From Octopus sinensis (Eukaryota), in assembly GCF_006345805.1 (NCBI RefSeq), contig NC_043006.1:105214001-105278000 (forward strand): a DNA stretch of 64,000 nucleotides, in the 5' to 3' direction. Of the stretch, positions 54,501 to 64,000 are shown one piece after another. Position 1 is the stretch's first letter, and each line of letters opens with the position of its first letter. Made by a program: the position numbers and the translations under genes. Below the pieces are notes generated by a model. It had not been told where the DNA came from and searched no databases. It saw only the letters and a list, made by a program, of their open reading frames with translations.

Positions 54501-55131
54501 TTTTTGCTACTTTTACTATCTTCAAGCTTTCTCTGGTGCATGCTTCAAACTGACTTTCATAGCCATTTTTCAAATAAATCCATGTACTGTCTGCAGTACT
54601 ATTTCTAGTTATTTATCATTAGCAGCATACAACATGAATCAACAACAGCAACAGCCGTTCAAGAATTTGGACCTGGAGATTTCCATTTCCAGCGACTTCG
54701 AGGGCCACCTCCCGGTGGTGTCGGACGTCAAGGAAGAGCCCTCGACTACACAACAAGACGACCAAAGTTTTTTTTCCAAGGTCTGGGGTCTCCTGCCCCT
54801 AAACCCTAGACCATCACCTAATCACCCTTACTCGTCTTGTTGCTTAACAACAACAACAACAACAACAGAAACACATTATATAATAGTAAAAATTTGATAT
54901 TAAAAGTGAGAACAAATGTCTAGCGGACTACTTACGGCCAAGGGAACATTTCCTCCATAACCCCATCCTGCTAAATCGGTACTCAACCACCATTTCTGTC
55001 TTTGGGTCGATAACGAGAGGCTCTTTCACGTATATCCAAAAATCTGTGGAAAGGCTTATGGAGAGAGTTACCACTGTCATTGAAGCAAGTGTGAGGGTCA
55101 GTAAGGACAAACGGCGACGTTTCGATCCCAT
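43583..55131 (-). CDS. CACNG: Voltage-dependent calcium channel gamma subunit / TARP-stargazin-like protein (CACNG5/7-like, PMP22-claudin superfamily); 4 coding exons, 726 nt, 241 aa
   Basis: Manual splice join(55131-54936,50893-50804,48214-48080,43887-43583) gives an open frame with GT-AG phase-1 introns. Family motifs: STDFW, GLWRKC plus a second loop Cys (TAYC), four hydrophobic segments, SAVNDEV, YSFAWSF, LAEGTGV, IYLF. An in-frame TGA lies 9 nt upstream of the ATG. Family-level call; paralog number not resolved. Confidence 0.9.
46231..47278. mobile_element. Second ORF-less HHR element (479-bp unit, ~1.4 copies on minus) plus an inverted ~370-bp copy, in intron 3 of the CACNG-like gene
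   Basis: GGTGGCAAAA at 46241 and 46720 (period 479); about 46908-47278 is the reverse complement of about 46335-46700; (TA)n on both sides. Confidence 0.85.
47056..47154 (+). ncRNA. Type I hammerhead ribozyme with long stem II insert (mirror copy 46452-46550 on minus)
   Basis: CTTA CTGACGA ATCTAT..~56 nt..ATAGAT GAAA CGGT-GC-ATCG TA TAAG; canonical core and GUA triplet. Confidence 0.85.
47350..47516. repeat. Fold-back remnant with ~53-bp arms and a decayed HHR-like motif
   Basis: 47350-47401 vs 47462-47516; TGAG-GTA-CTCA GAAA on minus. Confidence 0.7.
47700..47900 (+). mobile_element. Degenerate PLE GIY-YIG C-terminal fragment in CACNG intron 3
   Basis: Translation WKIIRKFTPFDNGS..CKLCVAE..I....NSRSEIFSSSKH..KFLL (small indels needed). 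Confidence 0.65.
48080..48214 (-). CDS. CACNG: CACNG-like coding exon 3 (SVNSTCAFAVVSLVLVVF...ILFVIS; TM2-TM3)
   Basis: 135 nt, phase 1-1; acceptor ctcatttcAG and donor G|GTACGT; lies within ORF 48018-48305. Confidence 0.9.
48575..49760 (+). mobile_element. Decayed maT/DD37D-type transposon in CACNG intron 2
   Basis: MKRSAV..EISRFLKVARSFVYKV; KFLATIMVLG..PP.FF.QGLRVN..AYIEVLE..KPWI..FQ*DS. Confidence 0.85.
49981..50485. mobile_element. Fold-back pair of PLE-tail family B in CACNG intron 2
   Basis: 49981-~50140 is inverted relative to ~50325-50485, with a unique spacer and (TA)n flanks. Confidence 0.8.
50804..50893 (-). CDS. CACNG: CACNG-like coding exon 2 (NKTAYCQRIVNREQHVVGRLNKTVGDLVA)
   Basis: 90 nt, phase 1-1; acceptor ttttactgtgttgcAG and donor G|GTAAGT; carries the second loop-1 Cys at the position of the CACNG5/7 exon 2 Cys. 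Confidence 0.85.
52402..52817 (+). mobile_element. Dimeric SINE (head plus two 184-bp units) with 13-bp TSD GGTTAGGTTCTTC
   Basis: TATTTCGTC at 52451 and 52635; TSD 52389-52401 = 52818-52830. Confidence 0.85.
54650..54870 (+). repeat. ~210-bp repeat ending in (CAA)n; second copy at ~52025-52230, both in CACNG intron 1
   Basis: Two clearly homologous diverged copies; probable retroelement 3' end. Confidence 0.7.
54936..55131 (-). CDS. CACNG: CACNG-like coding exon 1 (MGSKRRRLSLL...STDFW...GLWRKCSLG; TM1 and start of loop 1)
   Basis: ORF 54928-55131; donor C|GTAAGT at 54935. A strong acceptor (polypyrimidine + CAG at 55200-55202) implies a further 5'UTR exon upstream that was not located. Confidence 0.9.
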
Positions 55132-55488
55132 GCTGGATCATAAAACCAATTGGATTGTTTAGTGTTCTTTTTCTTTATTTTCACTCTCTTTTCTTTTTCC
55201 TGTCGACGGAAAAAATAAAAGAATAAAATTGAAATAATTATTTATGAAATAGCATATAAAACAGAGATATAATTTTTAGGTGGTATTAATTGTGTGTATA
55301 ATATATTGTGTCAGTAATACATTCATCGTGGAGTAAATAAATTAATTCTTTACATAAAGGCGAGAAATTTAGTGTGAGGGAATTGTCGATTGGATCGAAC
55401 CCAATACTTGACTATTTTATTTTATCAAACCTTACTACATCGGGAAATCATCCCAACGCCCTTCTTTAATAGAATTGGGAAAGTAATT

Positions 55489-55889
55489 GGATCTTTTCGG
55501 TTTGAACGGCAGTTTTTAACATAATTTCTAGGTAACTAAAAAATTTTAAACTTCGTATACTGGTAGAATGTGTTTATAAAACATCTTTTTCTCTTGGCTT
55601 TATTGAGAAAATTCTATAGTTTGTAAGATATTTGTTGTTTTTTTCTTCAATTTCTGCAATTTCAACCAATCAGTGACATCCATTGAGGTAAAAACAAAAC
55701 ATTCTGTGCCGTATGAATATGTCCCTCGTTTAAGAAACAGATTGGGTTTATTTACATTTCTGAAGAAAAAAAGATACCCTTCCCCCCACCCCTACCCTAA
55801 CCCTAACACTAACCCTAAAAGAGATTGAAATGCAATAGATCGATACTAGGGTCATAATTATGGGTGACAATTTCATATGACACCGCTAT
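55489..55889. mobile_element. Same MITE family, right TIR missing, ~360 bp upstream of the CACNG ATG
   Basis: Left TIR and body match the other copies; ends at CCGCTA. Confidence 0.8.
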
Positions 55890-58128
55890 AGCCAAAGAAG
55901 TTGTGTGGTAGACACCGCTGAAAGGTTTGAGGAGAGATACCTTTCTTTTCAATCAAATCTAATCGACTTAATCAACTGTAATTTATTTGATCAAACTCGG
56001 AAGAAAGTCAAAACAGATTTCAACAGGATTTGAACTCAGAACGTAAAGGAAAGTGTCTAAAGACCACCAGAGATTATTATATTCTCAGGTTTGGATGCAA
56101 TACATTATCGAATGTATTATATGTGGACAATTTTAATTTTCTTTGTATTTCTACCAAATGCTTTGGGAAAGAAAGTAATTGACTTTCTTCTCTTTTAAGC
56201 TGTTTCACTGGTAGGAGGTAAGAAAGCGTATGGCCTAGAGGTTAAAGTGCTGGGCTGACAGTCATAAGTGCACCGGTTCGATTTCTACTCAAAAGGGCAT
56301 GTTGTGTCCTTGAGCAAGGCTCTTCATCTCACTTGGCTCCAGCCTATTCAGCTGTAAATGAGTAGAAGTGAAATATTGAAGCAACCCTATCGCACACCGT
56401 CTATCAATCCTTACTGTTCGGCTTGGTAAAGAGATACGAAGTCCTAGTGTGGATGCCCGTGTCTGCTCGCGACTAGACAGGCACATAAAGCAATTAGCAA
56501 AGGCACGGTACATGCTTTGCTTTGCTTCGCGATGTTTCAGTACAAGTTCTATTGAAATATAAAAGATCATTGTATTGTTTAGAATCTTGTTAGATCTTCA
56601 GTTTTACAGAAGAATTATAGCTAGAAGTTGAAGTAAAGAGAATCTTGGTTAATATATTTGCTTTCTTTTTAATGACACTAAAACATATTGCTTCTATTAT
56701 TCAAATTCTACGACATCATAGAATATAGCAAAACTGGTGCTTTGAAAAAATTCTCAGATCTAATTCCTTAGTAAAAGAAGTAAATTTCCTCCCCAAGTTA
56801 TAGAGACGGTCTCTCAGTTTCCATGGCATATATATCTCCCTCCTGAACGGGGTGAGGAAGGGTTCCTCGCAGGATTAATACTTTTGTCAGCTGAGTGGAC
56901 TGGAGCAACGTGAAATGAAGTGTTTTGCTCAAGAACACATGCCGCCCAGGAATCGAAACCGCAATCTTACGATTATGAGCCCAGCACCCTAACCACTAAG
57001 CCACGCGCCTTCACTGTAATTCTTCACTAATATGAAATTTTGCGTGAGGCGGCGTGCTGGCAGAATCGTTATCAGGCCAGACAAAAGTGCACAGCGGCAT
57101 TTCGTCCGTCTTTATATTCTGAGTTCAAATTCCGATGAGGACGACCATTGTATCAAAATTTGAAACCAATGATACTATATGATACTATAACTAATTGCTT
57201 CTGTTATTCAAATTCTACCTTTTCATAGAAAATAGGAACGCTGGTGCTTTGAAGAACTTTCAGATTTAATTCCATACTAATGTGAAAATTTTGGTTACTG
57301 TCATGAAAATGTAATTTTCAACTAAAATTTTATAAAGAATTCTATTTCTTTTTTCCGAGGAAGAAGGTTTTATATTTTTTTATAGAATATAAAAATTCTG
57401 ATACATTGTACGATTGAAGTTGAATAAAATTATGAATGTCTTTGGAATAAATAATTAGGCAAGTAATTAAATAAATGAATACTGAAATATCCTCGGATTT
57501 TAGAGTAATAAATATAATTAGGTGTGCAAAGGAACGAGACATATAAACAAAACAAGAAAAAAATAACATACAATTACGCACACATGAACACAGCTCAGAC
57601 GAACATAGGAAAATAAAGAAGAAAAGTTAACTAAATTATGAAATATAAAGGATTAATGAAGAACAAGAAAAAAGAAAATTATTGAAATACAGAGAGAATG
57701 GAAAACTAAAGAAAAGAAAGAAAGAAAGGAAGGAAGAAAGGAACGAGGGAAGAACGAGAGAAAAGAAGGGAAGAAATGCATTGAGAGTAACGAGAATGAT
57801 TGGGGATTAAAGTATAATTGTTATAAAAATATAGAAATAAAAGAAGAATATAAATAGCTTTTAAAAAGGTATACCTTGTAATTAGGCCGACTTGTGTGTG
57901 CGTGTGTGTGTGTACGTATGTGCGTGTGTGTATTTTTATTCCTATTTATATAAATATGCATTTATATATGCATATGTGTGTGTATGTATACATATGCTTA
58001 AATGTACGGGTATATTTGTGTATATATATATATATATTTACAAACACACACATATATATATACATATATATGTAATGTATACACAAACACACACTATATA
58101 TATATATATATTATATATATATATATAT

Positions 58129-58311
58129 AAATTATAATTAAGGTTATCGAAAAGATACTATAATGCTAGATATAGCAGTCAAAACTTGACTCTGAAACAC
58201 ATCAAATATTCATACAACACCAAATATGAATATTTGATGTGGTTTTAGAGTCAAGTTTTGGCTGTTATATCTAGCATGGTGGTATTTTTTAGATATCTTT
58301 AATTATAATTT
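58129..58311. repeat. Fold-back remnant with ~86-bp imperfect arms and a 10-nt loop
   Basis: 58129-58214 vs 58225-58311; follows (TA)n. Confidence 0.75.
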
Positions 58312-58450
58312 TAATAGTAATTATAACCTATGAGGTTTTATTCCCATGCTAGCCACTTGGTATGATCGGTATTTTAAACAACGATCTTGTCCTTATTTAT
58401 ATAAATTTATATATATGTATGTATAAATATAATACACACACACACACACG

Positions 58451-58487
<37 letters not shown>

Positions 58488-59173
58488 TTATACTTATAAA
58501 CTGGGTTGAATATAGAGAACAGATTATAGAGAAGATTGTAGGTATTTGACCCCTATTCCTAGCAATGGCGCTGGTCATATCCAGTAGCCCTTAACTATAA
58601 TATATATATATATATATATACACATGCATATACAGTAATCCCTCGACTATCGCGGGTGTTATATATGTGTGTGTGTGAGTGTGTGCGTGTATACACATAC
58701 ATACGTACATACATAATATATACATCTCAGGGAAAGTAAATGACAGAGAGAGGGGGGAAAGAATAAGAGGAAAAGAGAATGACAGGAAGAGAGAGAGAGT
58801 AAAAGAGATAGAGATGAAGAAAGAGAGAGAAAAGAGAGAGAGAGGGAGAGAAAAAATAGAGAGAAAGAGGAACGGGCGTTAACGATTAGAGCAAAAGAAG
58901 GAATAGCTAATTAAATGTAAGAACGACTGAAGGAAAAAAGAAAGAAAACGAGGAAGTAAGAAAGAAAGAAAGGAAGTAAGAAAGAAAGAAAGGAAGGAAG
59001 AAAGAACGGAGGAATTATGTTCACAGGTCTTCGTTTCCTTTTAATAATGCTGTGACAAATGCCGTTGATTTAATTCTAATATCTATTGTATTAAAATATA
59101 CACATTTTGCTGCTTCCAAGAAATCTGGGATCAAATTACTTGTCAGCATAAAAGTTATGCTGTTATCCTGAAA

Positions 59174-59592
59174 GGCGACGAGCTGGCAGAAACGTTAGCA
59201 CGCCGGGCGAAATGCGTAGCCGTATTTCGTCTGTCTTTACGTTCTGAGTTCAAATTCAGCCTAGGTCGACTTTACCTTTCATCCTTTCGAGGTCGATAAA
59301 TTAAGTAGCAGTGGCGCACTGGGGTCGATGTAATAACTTAATCCATTTGTCTGTCCTTGTTTGTTCCCTCTGTGTGTAGCCCCTTGTGGGCAGTAAAGAA
59401 ATAGGTATTTCGTCTGCCGCTATGTTCTGAGTTCAAATTCCGCCGACGTCGACTTTGGCTTTCACCCATTCGGAGTCGATTAAATAAGTACCAGTTACAC
59501 ACTGGGGTCGATGTAAACGACTTAATCCGTTTCTCTGTCCTTGTTTGTCGTCTCTGTGTTTAGCCCCTTGTGGGTAATAAAGAAATATATGG
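59174..59592 (+). mobile_element. Dimeric SINE with 13-bp TSD TGTTATCCTGAAA
   Basis: Units at 59223 and 59406; TSD 59161-59173 = 59593-59605. Confidence 0.85.
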
Positions 59593-59675
59593 TGTTATCC
59601 TGAAAATGTAATTTTAAAGAAAAAGAAAATCGTAAAGGATTCTCATTTTTTTTTTTTTTTCTTTTAATGCTTTAA

Positions 59676-60180
59676 GGCGGCGAACTGACAGAAACATTAG
59701 CACGCCGGGCGAAATCCTTTGTGGTATTTCGTCTGCCGCTGCGTTCTGAGTTCAAATTCCGCCGTGGTCGACTTTACCTTTCATCCTTTCGGGGTCGATA
59801 AATTAAGTACCAGTGGCGCACTGGAGTCGATGTAATCGACTTAGTTCATTTGTCTGTCGTTGCTTGTCCCCTCTGCGTGTAGCCCCTTGAGGGCAGTAAA
59901 GAAATAGGTATTTCGTCTGCCGCTATGTTCTGAGTTCAAATTCCGCCGACGTCGACTTTGCCTTTCATCCTTTCGGGTCGAATAAATAAGTACCAGTTAC
60001 GCACTGGGGTCGATATAACCGACTTAATCTCCTTGTCTGTCCTTGTTTGTCCCCTCTGTGTTTAGCCCCTTGTGGGTAGTAAAGAAATAGGTATTTCGTC
60101 TGTCTTTATGTTCTGAGTTCAAATTCCGCCAAGGTCGTCTTTGCTTTTCATCCTTTTAGGGTCGAGGAAATAAGTACCGG
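59676..60180 (+). mobile_element. Near-trimeric SINE of the same family, followed by decayed copies to ~60640
   Basis: Units start at 59725, 59909 and 60092. Confidence 0.8.
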
Positions 60181-60646
60181 TGGTACACACACTCTGATAA
60201 ATGTGATCGACTAGCCACCTCCCTGAAAATTCCAGGTCTTCTGCTTATAGTAGAAAGGATTATTGTGTATAGTCTTTTTCATGTTTCAAGCTTTGCAACA
60301 TTTCGGCCGCCTTTACATTCTGAGTTCAAACTACTTTGAGGTCGACTTCACTTTTCAACATCTCGGGGTCGATAAAATAAGTGCCAGTTGAGATTCGACT
60401 ACCCCGCTCCCCCAGAGTTTCAGCTCTTATTCTTATGCTTGTGATGGAATGGATTATCATAATTAGTTTCTTATCTTAATTTGTTAACGAGGTGAGCAAG
60501 CAAAATTGCTGGCACGTCGGTCAAAACGCTTAGTGGCATTTCGTCTGTCTTTACATTCTGAGTTCAGATTCCGCTTAGGTTGAATTGGCTTTTCATCCTT
60601 TCCATGTTCATAAAATAAGTACTAATTGAGTACTGGAGTAAGATTT

Positions 60647-61057
60647 GGATCTTTTCGGTTTGACTGGCAGTTTTTTAAAATAATTTCCACGTAGCTAAAC
60701 ACTTTTAGACTTCGTATACTGGTAGAATGTGTTCATAAAACATTTTTTTCTCTTGGCTTTATTGAGAAACTTCTATAGTTTATAAGATATTTGTTGTTAT
60801 TTTTTTCTTCAATTTCTGCAATTTCAACCAATCAATTACGTCCATTGAGGTAAAAAACATTATGTGCCGTATGAATATGTCCCTCGTTTAAGAAGCAGAT
60901 TGGGTTTATTTACATTTTTGAAGAAAAAAGATACCCCACCCCCACTTCTAAACCTAAAACAGATTGAAATGCAATAGATAGATTCTAGGTCATAATTAAG
61001 GGTGACAATTTCATATGACACCGCTAGAAAAAACTGCCGTTCAAACCGAAAAGATCC
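60647..61057. mobile_element. Same MITE family, inserted in SINE debris
   Basis: Perfect 8-bp TSD TAAGATTT. Confidence 0.88.
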
Positions 61058-62297
61058 TAAGATTTAATGAAATCAACTAGCTATCCTCCTCACCCCACTA
61101 AACTTCAGACCTTGTGTCCAGAGTAGAAAAGATTCTTATATTTGGCTTTAAGTCTGCGAGCTGGTAGAATCACTGGCGGTGTCGGAAAGACATATTTTTG
61201 TTCCGACTGTTTACGGTCTTATTCAAATCGTGGCGAAGTCAACATTACATTTCACCCTTTTCGCATGAATATAACAAAGTACCAGTAAAGTACTGGGTTC
61301 GTTAGAATCTATTAATCTCCATCCTTTGAAAATTTTTGGCCTTGTACCTGAGTATGAGAAACCATTTTTATATTTTTGTTTTGTTTTTAGTTTTTGTATA
61401 GACATAGAAAAACCAAAATTTCTAATCCAGTGAAAGAACTGAAGTTGAATAATTATGATGAATGTCTTTGAAATAAATAATTTGCCAAGTAATTAAATAA
61501 TTGTAGAAAAAAGGTTTAGATTTTAAACAAATAAATAGAACATGGAGGTGAGGTGCAGTAGATAAATAGAAATGAATAGATATATAGAATATGAAAAAAA
61601 TATAGAAAAAATACCGAAACTGAAGAAAAAAACCCTTAGAAGATTAAAGAATGAGAGAACTTAAAAATAACAGATAGAGAGAGAGAGAGAGAGAAAAACC
61701 TAAAAAAAGAACGAATTAAAGAAAGAACAAAATGAAGAAAAAGATGAACAGCGATAGATTTCATGCAATAATACAAGAGTGAAGTAAATGAATAACAAAA
61801 ACTAAAGAAATAATAAAGAAAGAAAAATTGGGATTTTTGAAAAGAAAGCAAGTAAAGAAAAGAAGGAAAGAAAAAGAAGAGTAATGAAAGAATAATGAAG
61901 AGAGAGAGATAAAACGATAATAAAATACTAAAAAACAAAAGACGAAAGAAAAACCAAAGAAAGAAAGAGAGAAAATAAGAAAGCAACAAAAAAAAGTGGA
62001 ATGAAAATTCTAGAAAAATAGCAAAAAACATGAAAGAGATATTCTAAATTTCAGGGAAAAAAAAACCCTCTAAAAAGGGGACAAATGACACCAAGAAAAA
62101 GATAGAGAAAAAAGAGAGACCAATAATGGAACTGGAGAAGGTTTTGATATCTAAATAAAGTGAAAGTCAGAAACAAGGGAAAACTTTGTGAATGGAAAAT
62201 CATATTTGTGTTTAGTGTTATTTCATTAGTTACTGAGATAGGTTCCGTGAGGTTTTATAGTGTAGTGGGACTTGTGTAGGATTAATGATGGATAATG

Positions 62298-62377
<80 letters not shown>

Positions 62378-62402
62378 CAGATAGATAGACAGATAGATGG
62401 GC

Positions 62403-62447
<45 letters not shown>

Positions 62448-63238
62448 CAGGTGGACAGACAGAAGTGTAGACAAAAACAGCAGTCATACAGATTGACAGG
62501 CCTCAGTTAGATATATGTACAGGCAGAGGAACACAGAGAGAGAGACAGAGAGAGAGAGAGATCAAATAGATAGAGAGACAGATATCAGCCAGGCGGCTGA
62601 TGTTAATTATTCGAGCATTAACCCAAAGTACACCGAGAGAAGACACAAGCGATTTCATTTATTAATCCAATAAAAATATATAAGGTTTGCCAAATAAAAA
62701 GCGAAGGAGGAAATGAAGTTATAATCTCAATTATTGGGGTAGGAATCTACGGTTGTAATTCCTCATTCTGTAGTTTAGTCAGCCAAAGTAAACTTTGCCA
62801 AGACAGTTCGATATTACCCCACAGGAAGGTCCTTTGCGAATAAATCCCCTCCACACATACGACTGCCTATCTGTGTGTGTGTGTGTGTGCGTGCGTGTGT
62901 GTGTGTGCGTGTGTGTTTATATGTAAGTATACAAGTATGAAATATATGTATACACAAGTATACACAATAATATGTACATATCAATGTATGTATGTAAGTG
63001 TGTATGCACGTACACATGCTCACATGTATGTAGATCCCTGTAAGTAGAGATATTAAGCATTTTCCCTTAGAGTTTACTACTAAATAGGATAAATCGGCTT
63101 ATATATATATGATTATATTTGTATATACAGTAAAAGTAATGCCAACTAATTCACGTGTCGATATATACAAATATGCACATAAAGACATTTTCATATATGT
63201 ATATATATATATATTATATATATATGTATGTATGTTTG

Positions 63239-63269
<31 letters not shown>

Positions 63270-64000
63270 GTATGTATCTATCTATCTATGTATCTATCTA
63301 TGTGTGTGACGAAGACACTTTGAGCATAATCCTATGAACCCGGAAAATTTAAAACAGAGGGTTACCTACTTGCAAACAAATGTGGTAACATGTAACATCA
63401 TGGACCGAGGTTACCGTGGTCTTTTCTGTAGACTTTTCTTCTCACGGAAAAACATTATCTGCTTCCCCCTTTACACTTTACACCATGACACTGTGATATA
63501 TGATCCCTATTGAGCGTTTTTTTCCCCTTTTTTCCCTTTTTTTCTTCTTTCCTTTTACGACCCCTTTTGATCAAAAAGCTAACCCACCCCTTTTTTATTT
63601 TTCATTGTATTTTATTTTATTTTTTCTCTTCCCCAAAAAGAAAAGCCTTACTTTGTAATCTGTCCCGTCTGTGTGGCTAATAAAGAAACATATCTATGTA
63701 TGTGTGTGTGTACAAAAATAATACGAATCTATACAAGCATACAAAATATTACACATTTACAAGTATGCTGTGTGAGTGTGTATACATAAGTACAAGTACA
63801 CATATACACAAATATATATATATGTATATAAGTACAAAGCGGTAAGGGGTTGAATGAACTAATGTAAGTTCGAATAGAAGTGAACTAAATGCTTACAAAA
63901 CTATGTGTGTCATCGTTTCTTTAATGTTATATGTACACTCTGGGATACAACAGGAAACCGCGTAACATATTTACACACTTATACCATTAATACATATACG

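Overview
AT-rich, microsatellite-dense animal genomic DNA. The SINE, microsatellite and MITE content suggests a coleoid cephalopod such as Octopus (inference, not verified). One host gene is supported: a minus-strand CACNG/TARP (stargazin-like, claudin superfamily) gene with four coding exons (55131-54936, 50893-50804, 48214-48080, 43887-43583), reconstructed by hand as a 241-aa four-TM protein with GT-AG phase-1 introns. The rest is mostly mobile DNA: Penelope-like elements (PLEs), tRNA-type SINEs (some multimeric), mariner and maT/Tc1 remnants, an L1/Tx1 and a CR1-group LINE fragment, and a MITE family with 8-bp TSDs and internal telomere-like repeats. The most striking signal is non-coding. 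There are many type I hammerhead ribozyme (HHR) motifs. Three unrelated ORF-less tandem-repeat elements (units about 479, 479 and 536 bp) carry one HHR per unit and look retrozyme-like. Almost every HHR-bearing insertion sits in (TA)n and has a fold-back inversion at its 5' end. The clearest case is 6507-8967, a six-ribozyme array built around an ~800-bp-arm palindrome. All alignments, folds and coordinates were done by eye; repeat boundaries may be off by a few bases.
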